A stretch of 64,000 nucleotides of DNA from an uncultured Cryomorphaceae bacterium (GTDB lineage: Bacteria; Bacteroidota; Bacteroidia; Flavobacteriales_D; Cryomorphaceae), in assembly GCA_964651785.1 (NCBI GenBank), contig CAZYWJ010000002.1:3834-67833 (forward strand). The letters are read 5' to 3'. The notes beneath the pieces were generated by a model. That model had not been told where the DNA came from and did no database searches. It saw nothing but the letters and a program-made list of their open reading frames with translations. This document shows, piece after piece, positions 18,148-28,602 of the stretch; the stretch's first letter is position 1, and every line of letters starts with the position of its first letter. The position numbers and the translations under genes were made by a program.

Positions 18148-20043
18148 ATGCGCTTCCCCAAGTATTTGTTTTTCGTCTTAATCACAACTTTAGGATTTTA
18201 TTCCTGCGGTAATGATGAATTAAAAAACCAAAGACAAAGTTTATTTGATGATCAGGGTTTGGTAGAGGTTTACAATGCCGCACATCGCGGTGACACCGCT
18301 ATCCTACTCGGATACGCTGAATCTGAGAATGCCGCGTATCGCATGGCTTACGCCCGACTGATGGGGTCAGTTCTTCCTGAAAGAAGTCCGGAAGAACTGG
18401 AAGATTTGCTGACCGACCCCATACCTTATGTCAGGCTTTATGCCGCCTTTGCAGTTGGCCAAATCGGAAATGAAAAGTCGCTTTCCGCGCTGGAAAAAGC
18501 CTTTAAAAAATCCACCATACCCGAGATCAAAGCCGAACTCTTGGAAGCCATCGGAAAATGTGCCGATGTAAATGCCATGGAGTTTTTAGTCTCTCATAAT
18601 CCAAACACGGCTATTGAAGAAGCGGGAAAGATCTGGGGAATTTACCGCGGTATGCTCGCGGGAAAACTTCAGGAGAAGGATTTACCTGTGGTGGTAGCAC
18701 ATCTCAATTCGGGAGAATCCGAAACCCGTTTGGCTGCAGCCAATGTTCTGTCTCGACAACGCCAATTCGACTTAGAGCCTTTTTCCAAAGAAATCCTTCA
18801 GAAAGCTTTTGAAGAAGAAAATAGCGACATTAAGGCAACACTAGGTTACGCACTGAACGGTACTTCCGCAGCCGGCGCCTTTTCCGAAGAAATTTTGAAA
18901 ACTTCTGATGATCCGCTCTTGCGTTCGGTCGCTCTCTTAATTCTTCCCGAACCTGATAAGAAAATTTCGTTGTTAGAGAACTCCCTGATCAGCGGCTCGC
19001 CATGGGAAGCGATGACTGCCGCAAAAAGAATTGCTCAAATAGATTCATTTACTCCGACCCCATCCACCATCGCGGCGGCTCGAACTACATCCATTCCCGA
19101 AGTTGCTGCCGTGGTGTCTCAATCTTTATTGAATTCGGACCAAGCCAAAGGTGAGGAATTCTACAATCAAGCTTGGAAGCGAATGGATAATCCTGTAAAA
19201 CGTGCCGTGTTGTTGGGAGTGTGGACCAACTTTGACGATGGTCTCGATACGCTCGAACGATACATTTTCGATGATGGTCCGTTGGGCACTGCCGCAGCTG
19301 ATGCCTACATTTCAGGAATGCAAAAATTTCCCGAATGGGGTGAGAGCTTCTCTGACTATGCAAAACGCATTTACCAAGAAGGACTTCTCTCTCAGAGTGT
19401 AGTTTTCTCTCTTTCTTTAAGTAATTCCGGAAAAGCTGATTCAATTTCAGAAGAGCTCTTATTGCAAGCTCTCGATTCCTTTAGCCGTCCGGAATATATT
19501 GAGGCTTATCAGGCAATCGCCTCGGCCTTGAAAGAAATTCATGGAATCGAAAAACCTCCGCTCGAAATCGAACATCCGCCCATAGATTGGGAAATGGTCA
19601 AATCACTTGGGGAATCGCCTTCTCTCATTCTTTTCATAAATGGCAGTGAGTACGAAATTAAGCTGGTTCCGGAAGATGCGCCATCAAGTGTGTCTCGTTT
19701 GGCCAATTTAGCTGAAGAGGGTTTTTATGACGGGACGTACTTTCATAGAATAGTGCCGGGGTTTGTAAGCCAGGGTGGCGGTCCGCGTGGCGATGGCTAC
19801 GGTAGCGACGACCACATCCTCCGTTCGGAATTCTCCCCACTTAAGTATGGCCGGGGAGTGGTGGGATTGGCTTCAGCCGGAAAAGATACCGAGAGCTGTC
19901 AATTCTTCATAACCCATATGCCCACCCCGCATCTTGATGGCCGCTACACTATAGTTGGTGCAAGCGAGGATGATTTTTCGGATATCGAAACGGGAGCGCA
20001 AATTGATTCGGTGAGGGTTTTCTCTTCCCGAGCAGAGATGTAA
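18148..20043 (+). CDS. HEAT-repeat protein fused to a C-terminal cyclophilin-type peptidyl-prolyl isomerase
   Basis: 631 aa with a lipoprotein-like N-terminus (LGFYSCGN) and HEAT-like segments (PYVRLYAAFAVGQIG; ETRLAAANVL). The C-terminal 160 aa reads FHRIVPGFVSQGGGPRGDGYG...SCQFFIT. Confidence 0.75.
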   Translation: MRFPKYLFFVLITTLGFYSCGNDELKNQRQSLFDDQGLVEVYNAAHRGDTAILLGYAESENAAYRMAYARLMGSVLPERSPEELEDLLTDPIPYVRLYAAFAVGQIGNEKSLSALEKAFKKSTIPEIKAELLEAIGKCADVNAMEFLVSHNPNTAIEEAGKIWGIYRGMLAGKLQEKDLPVVVAHLNSGESETRLAAANVLSRQRQFDLEPFSKEILQKAFEEENSDIKATLGYALNGTSAAGAFSEEILKTSDDPLLRSVALLILPEPDKKISLLENSLISGSPWEAMTAAKRIAQIDSFTPTPSTIAAARTTSIPEVAAVVSQSLLNSDQAKGEEFYNQAWKRMDNPVKRAVLLGVWTNFDDGLDTLERYIFDDGPLGTAAADAYISGMQKFPEWGESFSDYAKRIYQEGLLSQSVVFSLSLSNSGKADSISEELLLQALDSFSRPEYIEAYQAIASALKEIHGIEKPPLEIEHPPIDWEMVKSLGESPSLILFINGSEYEIKLVPEDAPSSVSRLANLAEEGFYDGTYFHRIVPGFVSQGGGPRGDGYGSDDHILRSEFSPLKYGRGVVGLASAGKDTESCQFFITHMPTPHLDGRYTIVGASEDDFSDIETGAQIDSVRVFSSRAEM

Positions 20044-20110
20044 CCTGATCTACCGATTAATCGTTAAAGTCAGTCTCCCCTTATCTATCTAATGCTTAAA
20101 AGATAGGTAA

Positions 20111-20347
20111 ATGAACATCTCGGAACTCGCAAAGCTCTCCCCCGCTGAACTACGAATGGTGAGTAAGAAAAATCTCTTCTTATTCATTTTTCTGACCCTC
20201 TTGGATTTGACCGTATTTTATTACAGTCTCTTTAGGGATCAGTGGATAATGATGTTTGTTTCGCTCGGCTTCTTCATAGCCTGCCTGGCATTGTACGACA
20301 ACTATAAGTTTACTCAAGACTTATTGGTAGAAGCGGAAATCAGTTAA
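20111..20347 (+). CDS. hypothetical small membrane protein
   Basis: 78-aa ORF with two hydrophobic helices. No family recognised. Confidence 0.4.
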   Translation: MNISELAKLSPAELRMVSKKNLFLFIFLTLLDLTVFYYSLFRDQWIMMFVSLGFFIACLALYDNYKFTQDLLVEAEIS

Positions 20348-22074
20348 TTGCCGGCCCAGCCCTTAACCTCATCCAACTGCAAAGCCGGAATATCCAGCTT
20401 ATTCTTCTTTCTGAAGCCATTCAGCTTTTGATGCAATACGGTCGGTTTCTCTTCTACCAAATCTGAAACTTTTTCGTAGCCTGCTTGCATAGCTACTTCT
20501 GCCCAATTTGCGGGAACTCCTGCTTTCACAAAATCTTCAACGGAGTCCGTTTTCTTAACCTGCTCCGGACGCATTTGCGGGAAGAAAAGCACCTCTTGAA
20601 TGGATACATTGTCGGTCAATAGCATGACCAAACGATCTATTCCGATACCCAGTCCTGAAGTCGGGGGCATACCGTATTCCAAAGCTCTTAGAAAGTCATG
20701 ATCGATGAACATCGCCTCGTCGTCTCCCTTTTTCGATAGACGAAGCTGCTCTTCAAATCGCTCGCGCTGGTCGATCGGATCATTCAACTCGGTATAGGCG
20801 TTGGCAATTTCTTTTCCGTTTATGATCAGCTCAAAACGCTCAGTGAGTTCAGGATTGTCGCGGTGCTTTTTGCACAATGGCGACATCTCTACGGGGTAAT
20901 CAATGATGAAGGTGGGCTGAATCAAATTGCCCTCGCACTTCTCTCCGAAAATCTCATCGATCAGCTTTCCTTTACCCATCGAAGGATCGGTATCGACACC
21001 GATGTTGGCGCAAACTTCCCGCAGTTGAGATTCATTCATTCCGGTAATGTCAACTCCCGTGTATTCTTTAATCGCATCGATCATGGTCAACCTTCGGAAA
21101 GGTGCTTCGAATGAAATGGTCTTATCCCCCACCTTCAAATCGGTGCTCCCGTTCACTTCCAAAGCCACCTTTTCCAAAGTCTTTTCGGTGAACTCCATCA
21201 TCCACTTGTAGTCTTTGTAGGCTACATAGATTTCCATGATGGTGAATTCGGGATTATGGGTTCGATCCATACCCTCATTTCTAAAGTCTTTCGCAAACTC
21301 ATAAACTCCTTCAAATCCACCTACGATCAACCTCTTAAGGTAGAGCTCATTGGCAATACGCAAGTAGAGCGGAATGTCCAGCGCATTGTGATGCGTTACG
21401 AAAGGACGCGCCGAAGCTCCTCCGGGAATGGCCTGCAAAATGGGTGTTTCCACTTCCAAATAACCTGCATCATTAAAAGCGCGACGCATGGTGTCCACCA
21501 CCTTGGTTCTTTTGACGAAAGTCTCCCTAACCTTCGGATTGAGCGTCAAATCCACATACCGCTGACGGTAGCGCAATTCAGGATCGGTAAAGGCGTCGTA
21601 AACCTTACCGGTATCATCGGTTTTGGGAAATGGAAGTGGTTTGATCGATTTACTCAAAAGGGTAAATTTCTTTACGTGTACCGAAATTTCTCCCACCTGC
21701 GTTTTGAAGACAAATCCCTCAATGGAAATATAGTCACCACGGTCAATGAGCTTCTTGAAAAGATCATTGTACAGGGATTTGTCCTCGCCGGGACAGATTT
21801 CATCCCGATTGAAATACGCTTGAATCTTTCCCGATTGATCCTGAATTTCGGCAAAAGAGGCTTTACCCATTATACGCTTTCCCATCAGGCGGCCCGCCAG
21901 CTTAACCTCCTGCCACTTTTCACTTTCTTCTTCGTTAAAGTTGCTCTTAATTTCCTTCGCTGTGTGGGTAACTTCCACCTCTTCGGGCGGGTAGGGATTT
22001 ATCCCCATTTTGCGAATTGCATCGAGCGATTGACGACGAATTATTTCCTGTTCACTGAGTTGCTGTGCGGCCAT
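20344..22074 (-). CDS. lysS: lysine--tRNA ligase (class II) with Bacteroidota-type C-terminal extension
   Basis: Class II core motifs are present (GFLEVETP-like [10 protein letters not shown]; FRNEG; [13 protein letters not shown]). ATG 22074 ([10 protein letters not shown]) is preferred to the track's TTG at 22092. Confidence 0.9.
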   Translation of the reverse strand: MAAQQLSEQEIIRRQSLDAIRKMGINPYPPEEVEVTHTAKEIKSNFNEEESEKWQEVKLAGRLMGKRIMGKASFAEIQDQSGKIQAYFNRDEICPGEDKSLYNDLFKKLIDRGDYISIEGFVFKTQVGEISVHVKKFTLLSKSIKPLPFPKTDDTGKVYDAFTDPELRYRQRYVDLTLNPKVRETFVKRTKVVDTMRRAFNDAGYLEVETPILQAIPGGASARPFVTHHNALDIPLYLRIANELYLKRLIVGGFEGVYEFAKDFRNEGMDRTHNPEFTIMEIYVAYKDYKWMMEFTEKTLEKVALEVNGSTDLKVGDKTISFEAPFRRLTMIDAIKEYTGVDITGMNESQLREVCANIGVDTDPSMGKGKLIDEIFGEKCEGNLIQPTFIIDYPVEMSPLCKKHRDNPELTERFELIINGKEIANAYTELNDPIDQRERFEEQLRLSKKGDDEAMFIDHDFLRALEYGMPPTSGLGIGIDRLVMLLTDNVSIQEVLFFPQMRPEQVKKTDSVEDFVKAGVPANWAEVAMQAGYEKVSDLVEEKPTVLHQKLNGFRKKNKLDIPALQLDEVKGWAGN

Positions 22075-22168
22075 TTGAAAAAATTTGGGCAAAGATAATG
22101 AATTGACTTACCGACGAACATTGGTATCTTCGTGGCTGCAAATAAATAAGGGTATCCAAGTAAGCATC

Positions 22169-23179
22169 ATGACAAAGCAAGAAGCAATTCAGGAAATGGA
22201 GAGATTGATAGATGTCTTTCCTGACAATATGGTTGAGGCGATAGAAATTGGTAAGCAAGCTGCTGAACGATTTAAAACGCGACCGGTCAAAAATGTTTTG
22301 ATTTCGGGATTAGGCGGCTCGGGAATTGGTGGAAAATTTGCTTCTCAGCTCGTTTGGGATCAATGTACGGTTCCCGTTCAAATTGTCAATGACTACCGCA
22401 TACCGGCTTGGGTAGGTGAAGATACTTTGTTTGTGGCATGCAGCTACAGCGGAAATACGGAAGAAACCTTGAGCACATTGGCGGAAGCCATGACAAAGGG
22501 AGCTTCTATCTCATGCGTAACTTCCGGCGGAAAGCTTGAATTATTGGCTCGAGAAAACGGCTTCAATATGATCAAGATTCCCGCGGGACAACCTCCGCGA
22601 ACCAGCTTTGGCTACAATGCCATGCAGCAACTCTTCATCTTGTCTGCCTACGGATTGATTGAAAAAAACTTTATCACCGATCTTTCGGCTGCTGCCAAAT
22701 TATTGAAAAGTGAGGCCGGATTGATTAAAACAGAAGCGGCTGCCATAGCCAATAAGATTGGCAACCTTATTCCGATCGTTTATGCAGAAACGTATTTTGA
22801 AGCGGTAGCCATTCGTTTCCGCCAACAGATTAACGAAAACGCGAAAACCCTTTGTTGGCATCATGCCCTTCCGGAAATGAACCACAACGAGCTGGTCGCT
22901 TGGGCGGGCGGAAGCAAGGAATACGCCGCTTTAATTATCCGCACACCTGAAGATCATCCCGGGACGGCAAAACGAATGGAACTGAGCAAGGAGATCATTT
23001 CCCGCTACACGGACACCATCATCGAAATAAAGCCAAAAGGAGCATCTCGTATTGAAATGGTGTATTACCTCATCCATCTGGTAGATTGGATATCTTACTA
23101 CATGGCGGTAGAAAAAGACGTTGATCCGATAGAAATTGAAGTGATTGATTACTTCAAAGCCGAACTCGCAAAAAGTTGA
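22169..23179 (+). CDS. bifunctional phosphoglucose/phosphomannose isomerase (SIS domain)
   Basis: SIS motif ISGLGGSGIGGKF and SYSGNTEET. The start is taken at ATG 22169 (MTKQEAIQEM) because the upstream extension overlaps the lysS promoter region. Confidence 0.75.
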   Translation: MTKQEAIQEMERLIDVFPDNMVEAIEIGKQAAERFKTRPVKNVLISGLGGSGIGGKFASQLVWDQCTVPVQIVNDYRIPAWVGEDTLFVACSYSGNTEETLSTLAEAMTKGASISCVTSGGKLELLARENGFNMIKIPAGQPPRTSFGYNAMQQLFILSAYGLIEKNFITDLSAAAKLLKSEAGLIKTEAAAIANKIGNLIPIVYAETYFEAVAIRFRQQINENAKTLCWHHALPEMNHNELVAWAGGSKEYAALIIRTPEDHPGTAKRMELSKEIISRYTDTIIEIKPKGASRIEMVYYLIHLVDWISYYMAVEKDVDPIEIEVIDYFKAELAKS

Positions 23180-23889
23180 AAAACCCTCTTCCGAAAGTTC
23201 AGTTAATTGACCTCGGCCAGAAAGGCTATAAGGAAACTTGGGACTATCAGGAAGAGTTGTTTTCGGGAGTGGTACAGCGCAAAATCGAGTTGCGAAAAGC
23301 TGAACAAAAATTTCCGCTACCTGACAATTATCTGATCTTCGTTGAGCATCCCCATGTTTACACTTTGGGAAAAAGCGGCAAGATTGAAAATTTACTTTTG
23401 GGCCAAGAAGAGCTTGATCAAAAAGGAATTGAGTATTTCAAAATCAATCGTGGCGGCGACATCACCTACCACGGCCCCGGACAAATCGTGGCCTATCCTA
23501 TTCTGGATTTGGATCAGTTTTTCACCGATATTCACAAATACCTTCGCTACTTGGAAGAGGCAGTGATTTTGACCTTGGCTGAATACGGAATAAAAGGCGA
23601 CCGCTACGAAGGGCTTACGGGCGTTTGGCTTGATCCCCACATTCCTGAAAAGGCTCGAAAAATTTGTGCCTTGGGCGTTCGCTGCAGCAGATGGGTCACC
23701 ATGCACGGTTTGGCCTTCAATGTGAATTCGCAGCTCGAGTATTTCGATAACATCATCCCCTGTGGAATTGATGATAAGGCGGTGACCTCCATGGAAAAGG
23801 AATTGGGGCGCAAACTCGATTTCGGAGAAGTAAAGAAGAAGCTTCAAATCCATCTTTCCGAGCTGTTCGAATGGGAGCTTATTTTCTAA
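23176..23889 (+). CDS. lipB: lipoyl(octanoyl) transferase
   Basis: 237 aa with HPHVYTLG, RGGDITYHGPGQ and KICALGVR. TTG start overlaps the preceding stop. Confidence 0.88.
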   Translation: MKNPLPKVQLIDLGQKGYKETWDYQEELFSGVVQRKIELRKAEQKFPLPDNYLIFVEHPHVYTLGKSGKIENLLLGQEELDQKGIEYFKINRGGDITYHGPGQIVAYPILDLDQFFTDIHKYLRYLEEAVILTLAEYGIKGDRYEGLTGVWLDPHIPEKARKICALGVRCSRWVTMHGLAFNVNSQLEYFDNIIPCGIDDKAVTSMEKELGRKLDFGEVKKKLQIHLSELFEWELIF

Positions 23890-23910
23890 TTTTGCCGCAA
23901 ACTGCAATTT

Positions 23911-24318
23911 GTGATTAAAGACATTGATGACCCCAAAGTCGAAGACATCGCTCTGGCCGCAGTGCCCGAGACCAATTCTGAATCAGGGGAAGACGAGTGG
24001 TACGTTTACTTAATCAACATGAAAGACATCGAGATAACGAATGTCTTGGTGGCATCCAGAGGTTATGGCCAAGTGGACAAAGAGAAAGTAGAAACTTCTC
24101 AATTGCGCCATTTCGTTGAAACCATTCCGCCGCAAAGCTACGTGAAGATTGAGCCGATAATGGATAACCTGTTCCCTTTGAACAACCAATATTGGGTGAG
24201 TTTTTACATCGATCGAAAAATCTTCGACAAAAAATATGTCTTTTTGGCCGAGACCATCAAGAGAGAGAATGTAACGGAGGTCCCCTTGATGGGAAAGAAA
24301 GGAGTTCTGCTGAAATGA
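23911..24318 (+). CDS. hypothetical protein
   Basis: 135-aa ORF with a GTG start, translationally coupled (ATGA) to the cvpA-like gene. No family recognised. Confidence 0.45.
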   Translation: MIKDIDDPKVEDIALAAVPETNSESGEDEWYVYLINMKDIEITNVLVASRGYGQVDKEKVETSQLRHFVETIPPQSYVKIEPIMDNLFPLNNQYWVSFYIDRKIFDKKYVFLAETIKRENVTEVPLMGKKGVLLK

Positions 24319-24854
24319 TTCTCGATATTTGCATTCTCATCCCCGTTTTATGGGGAATGTTCAAAGGATTCAAGCGCGGGCTGATCATCGAGCTCTGCAC
24401 CTTGATGGCATTGATTTTAGGTGTTTACGGAGCCGCCACTTTTGGTGAAATGGGCGGAGAGTACCTCCGCGACAATTTCAACACGGATGCCAGAGTGAGC
24501 AGCGTTTTGGGATTCGCTTTGCTCTTTATACTAATCGTGGTTTTGGTCTTCATTTTCGGAAAAATCCTCGAAGGCTTAATCAAACTCGTGGCGCTAGGAT
24601 TGGTAAACAAGCTGTTCGGAATGCTCTTTGGCGGCTTCAAATTCTTGCTGATCGTAAGCGGAATCCTTTATTTGATCAATGGATTTCCTTTGACGGATGA
24701 CCTGATTCCCGTCAAAGAAAAAGCCGACTCATATCTTTATGAGCCGGCTTCAGAATTGCTTCCCGCAATCTATCCTACCCTGGCTGAGAAGGATTGGCGG
24801 GAAAAATTGGAAAATACACTGGAAGATTTCCGAGAGGGAATTGAATTCAATTAA
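24315..24854 (+). CDS. cvpA: CvpA-family membrane protein
   Basis: MILDICILIPVLWGMFKGFKRGLIIEL... with four TM helices, the typical colicin V production protein architecture. The start is corrected from track position 24192. Confidence 0.7.
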   Translation: MILDICILIPVLWGMFKGFKRGLIIELCTLMALILGVYGAATFGEMGGEYLRDNFNTDARVSSVLGFALLFILIVVLVFIFGKILEGLIKLVALGLVNKLFGMLFGGFKFLLIVSGILYLINGFPLTDDLIPVKEKADSYLYEPASELLPAIYPTLAEKDWREKLENTLEDFREGIEFN

Positions 24855-26041
24855 TCCTTAATAGCCGCGATTCCCGGTAGTGTCTTGCCCTCTAGATACT
24901 CAAGCATCGCTCCTCCGCCAGTGCTCACATAACTTACCTGATCGCTCAGGCCGAATTTGTTAATCGCTGCGACCGAGTCGCCACCTCCTACTAAAGTGAA
25001 AGCTCCGTCTTTCGTGGTAGCTGCTAATGATTTGGCCACTTCGATGGTGCCTTTGGCAAAGTTCTCCATTTCAAAAACGCCCATCGGTCCGTTCCAAAGT
25101 ACCACCTTTGCCGCCCTGATCAGTTTATCAAAATTCTCAATCGTTTTCGGACCAATGTCCAAGCCCATCCAGCCATCGGGAATTTGAGTGGTGGCGCATA
25201 CATCGGTACTTGCGTCGTTTCGAAATTCATCAGCTATTACGGTATCTTCAGGAATATGGAGCGTAACGTTTTTCTCCTTCGCCTTTGAGATCAGATTCTT
25301 GGCCGTGTCCAAAAACTCTTCTTCGTAAAGCGAGTCTCCGATGCTTCCTCCTTTGGCTTTCGCCAATGTGTAAGCCATCCCGCCTCCGATGATAATGTCG
25401 TTCACCTTATCCAAAAGATTTTCGACTACGGTGATTTTAGTGCTGATTTTGGCCCCGCCGATTATTGCCAATACAGGTTTCCTTTCGCTGTAAAGCGCAC
25501 GGTCCATACTTTCAATTTCCTGCTGCAGCAGAAGTCCGAACATCTTGTCAGTTGGAAAAAACTTTGCAATGGAGGTAGTCGAAGCATGGGCGCGGTGAGC
25601 GGTACCAAATGCATCGTTTACGTAGCAATCGCCGTGCTCGGCCAATTGTCCCGCAAAGAATTCATCCCCTTCCGTTTCTTCCTTGTGGAATCGCAAATTT
25701 TCCAAAAGGAGAACCTGACCAGACTTGAGTTGCGAGGATTGGTCTTTGGCCTCATCGCCGATGCAGTCATTGGCAAACTCCACTTTCTTTCCCAACTTAT
25801 CTTCGAGAGTTTTGAGAATGTGCTTCAGCGAAAACTTCTCATCCGGCTCGCCCTTGGGCCTGCCGAGGTGAGACATCAGCACCACGCTTCCACCACCTTC
25901 CAGCACTTTCTTGATGGTCGGAAGGGCTGCCTCAATTCTCGTGGCATCGGTTACTTCCATTTTATCGTTCAAGGGCACGTTGAAGTCCACACGAATTAAG
26001 GCTCTTTTATCTTTAAAATCGTAGTTGTCTATTTGAATCAT
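24851..26041 (-). CDS. pgk: phosphoglycerate kinase
   Basis: 396 aa with RVDFNVPL, SHLGRPKG and STGGGAMLEYLEGK. Confidence 0.95.
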   Translation of the reverse strand: MIQIDNYDFKDKRALIRVDFNVPLNDKMEVTDATRIEAALPTIKKVLEGGGSVVLMSHLGRPKGEPDEKFSLKHILKTLEDKLGKKVEFANDCIGDEAKDQSSQLKSGQVLLLENLRFHKEETEGDEFFAGQLAEHGDCYVNDAFGTAHRAHASTTSIAKFFPTDKMFGLLLQQEIESMDRALYSERKPVLAIIGGAKISTKITVVENLLDKVNDIIIGGGMAYTLAKAKGGSIGDSLYEEEFLDTAKNLISKAKEKNVTLHIPEDTVIADEFRNDASTDVCATTQIPDGWMGLDIGPKTIENFDKLIRAAKVVLWNGPMGVFEMENFAKGTIEVAKSLAATTKDGAFTLVGGGDSVAAINKFGLSDQVSYVSTGGGAMLEYLEGKTLPGIAAIKD

Positions 26042-26138
26042 TTGATTTGGCTTTGCCGCAAAATTAAGAATCTTCGCTCCCCGATGAGATAAATAGCGGA
26101 ACGAATATTTCTACCTTTGATCCCCTTAAAAAACATCA

Positions 26139-27275
26139 GTGTATTTTAAAGAAATCGTCGGACACAGCGAGCTGAAAGGTGCTTTGACAAGAATGGTCAA
26201 AGACGACCACGTAAGCCATGCGTTGATGTTTGCCGGAAAAGAAGGAAGCGGAAATTTGGCATTAGCCATTGCTTTCGCCTCTTTTCTGCTTTGCAAGAAC
26301 AGAGGAGCGGAAGAGCGCTGCGGCGTATGCCCTGACTGCAAACAGTTGGATCAACTGGGTCATCCGGACCTCCATTTTTCCTTTCCTTTTGTAAAAAAAG
26401 AGAGCGTCAAAACGTCGGATAGTTTTCAGCGGGATTTTAAGAATCAGTTGAGACTGAATCCCTACATTTCCCTGAAAGATTGGGAAATAGAGATGGCGGG
26501 AGAGAATAAGCAATCGATCATTACGGTAGATGAAAGTTCTGAGATCGTCAAAAAGCTTTCGCTGAAATCGTTCGCGGGCGGGTATAAAATCATGATCATC
26601 TGGCGACCTGAAAAACTCAATCAGGCTGCCGAAAACAAGTTGCTCAAAACCTTGGAAGAACCCAATCCGAGAACGGTGATTATTTTGGTGCCAACCCAAG
26701 CAGAAGAATTGTTGCCTACAATTATTTCGCGGGTTCAAATGGTCAAGTGTCGACCATTAACCAATGCGGAAATCCAAGAGGGCTTGATCAAGCAAAACAC
26801 AACACCTGAAGTAGCTGCGATGGCGGCGCGCATGGCAGAAGGAGACTACAATCTGGCGATGAAGACGGCCAAAGATCCTGAAGCTGAAAATGCTTATTTT
26901 GCCTTGTTCAGAGATTGGATGAGAACCTGCGTAGCCCCGCATAAAAACGACGTGGTTGAGGTTACCGAAAAGATCTCTGCTTTGAGTCGAGATCAACAAG
27001 GTTATTTTTTAGACTACTGTCTCAACTTTTTGCACGAAGCCGTGATGTTTGCCTATTTGGGAAAAGACAAAGCGCGATATACGGGAGCGGCTGCCGAATT
27101 CGCAGAAAAGTTTGCCCCGTACATGGCTGATAAAGACTTAGGCGCTTTTCACGATACGTTAAGCAAGGGGCATCGATTGGTAGAACGCAATGTCAATCCT
27201 CGCTTGCTCTATATGAAACTCAGCGCCGAAATGATTCGCATTTTCATGGGCAGAAGGCCGGAACCGATTTCTTAA
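26139..27275 (+). CDS. holB: DNA polymerase III subunit delta'
   Basis: 378 aa. Contains HALMFAGKEGSGNLALAIAFASFLLC, the zinc module CGVCPDCKQ, and an AAA+ box (KIMIIWRPEKLN, SRVQ). Confidence 0.85.
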   Translation: MYFKEIVGHSELKGALTRMVKDDHVSHALMFAGKEGSGNLALAIAFASFLLCKNRGAEERCGVCPDCKQLDQLGHPDLHFSFPFVKKESVKTSDSFQRDFKNQLRLNPYISLKDWEIEMAGENKQSIITVDESSEIVKKLSLKSFAGGYKIMIIWRPEKLNQAAENKLLKTLEEPNPRTVIILVPTQAEELLPTIISRVQMVKCRPLTNAEIQEGLIKQNTTPEVAAMAARMAEGDYNLAMKTAKDPEAENAYFALFRDWMRTCVAPHKNDVVEVTEKISALSRDQQGYFLDYCLNFLHEAVMFAYLGKDKARYTGAAAEFAEKFAPYMADKDLGAFHDTLSKGHRLVERNVNPRLLYMKLSAEMIRIFMGRRPEPIS

Positions 27276-27300
27276 CTTTACACCAAAGAAAAGCACGCCA

Positions 27301-28602
27301 ATGGGATGTGAGAGTTGTACGAAAGGAAGTAACGGAACGCCTGCAGGGTGCAGAAACAATGGTACTTGCTCCACCGGCGGGTGTAGCAAATTGGCCGTTT
27401 ATGACTGGCTGAGCAATATGGAGCTTCCGGGCAATGTGAAACGCTTTGCCTATGTAGAGATAAGATTTAAAAACAGCCGAAAAGATTTTTACGAAAATAC
27501 CTCATCACTCAGCCTCAATCCGGGCGATTGTGTTGTAGTAGAGGGTAGCCCCGGATTTGATTTGGGTGTGGTTTCTGCCGAAGGAGAGCTGGCTCGTCTT
27601 CAAATGGATAAGAAGAAGCTCAGTAAAAACACACGCGACATCAAGCGTATATTGCGAAAAGCTACCACCGAAGACCTGACTCTTTGGCGTGAAGCTCGTG
27701 CTTTAGAAGAAGAAGCCATGTTCAAAGCCAGAGGCATTTCTTCTTCGCTCGGCTTGGAGATGAAAATATCCGACGTGGAGTATCAGGGAGATAAAACGAA
27801 GGCTACATTTTACTATACAGCCGATGGCAGAGTAGACTTTCGGGAGTTGATCCGAAAATTTGCCGATACTTTTCGGGTACGGATTGAAATGAAGCAAATT
27901 GGCGCGCGCCAAGAAGCCGGTCGCTTAGGCGGAATAGGTTCTTGCGGACGAGAGTTGTGCTGCAGCACTTGGCTTACCGATTTTCGATCGGTTTCCACCA
28001 GCGCGGCTCGTTATCAGCAGCTTTCGCTGAATACACAGAAGCTCGCGGGCCAGTGCGGAAAATTGAAATGCTGCCTCAATTACGAGCTCGACTCCTACCT
28101 CGACGCTTTAAAAGATTTGCCGAAGAGCAATATAAAATTGCGCACCAAAAAAGGAATGGCCTTCCACATTAAGACCGATATATTCAAAGGGATTATGTGG
28201 TATGTCTATGAAGAAGGTTCGAGTGGCCCGATCCCTCTCGCTGCGGAACGCGTGAAGGAAATTATAGCGATGAACGAATCCAAAAAGTTTCCGGAAGACC
28301 TCAAAGATTTCTCAGAAGTAGAAGCACCCCAAGAAGAGACATATTCAAATGTGGTGGGGCAGGATAGCTTGACCCGTTTTGATCGGCAACCCTCGAAGCG
28401 GAAGAAGAAGAGAAAACCTCGAGGAAAAGGACCCAAACCTGCTCAGGCCAAAAGCAGCGGCGGAGGTGGAAAACCTCAAAGCGGAAATAAGAGCCGATCG
28501 GGAAATAAGAGTCAAGGCGGAAACAAACCAAAAGCCTCAGGTAATCCTAAATCAGGAAAGCGGCGCTCATCGGGAAAGAGAAGCAACTCCAATAAAAAGT
28601 AA
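27301..28602 (+). CDS. PSP1 domain protein (RicT/YaaT-like) with a K/G/S/N-rich C-terminal tail
   Basis: Cys-rich N-terminus (GCESCTKG...GCRNNGTCSTGGC), PSP1 core, and CGRELCCSTW...CGKLKCCLNYE. The tail is KRKKKRKPRGKGPKP...SGNKSRSGNKSQGGNKPK. Confidence 0.8.
   Translation: MGCESCTKGSNGTPAGCRNNGTCSTGGCSKLAVYDWLSNMELPGNVKRFAYVEIRFKNSRKDFYENTSSLSLNPGDCVVVEGSPGFDLGVVSAEGELARLQMDKKKLSKNTRDIKRILRKATTEDLTLWREARALEEEAMFKARGISSSLGLEMKISDVEYQGDKTKATFYYTADGRVDFRELIRKFADTFRVRIEMKQIGARQEAGRLGGIGSCGRELCCSTWLTDFRSVSTSAARYQQLSLNTQKLAGQCGKLKCCLNYELDSYLDALKDLPKSNIKLRTKKGMAFHIKTDIFKGIMWYVYEEGSSGPIPLAAERVKEIIAMNESKKFPEDLKDFSEVEAPQEETYSNVVGQDSLTRFDRQPSKRKKKRKPRGKGPKPAQAKSSGGGGKPQSGNKSRSGNKSQGGNKPKASGNPKSGKRRSSGKRSNSNKK

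Noticed and set aside
21256-22098. A 280-aa plus-strand ORF.
   Set aside because: It lies entirely antisense to lysS. Its composition is arbitrary and no motifs are present.
23392-23907. A 171-aa minus-strand ORF.
   Set aside because: It is antisense to lipB, whose motifs are unambiguous.
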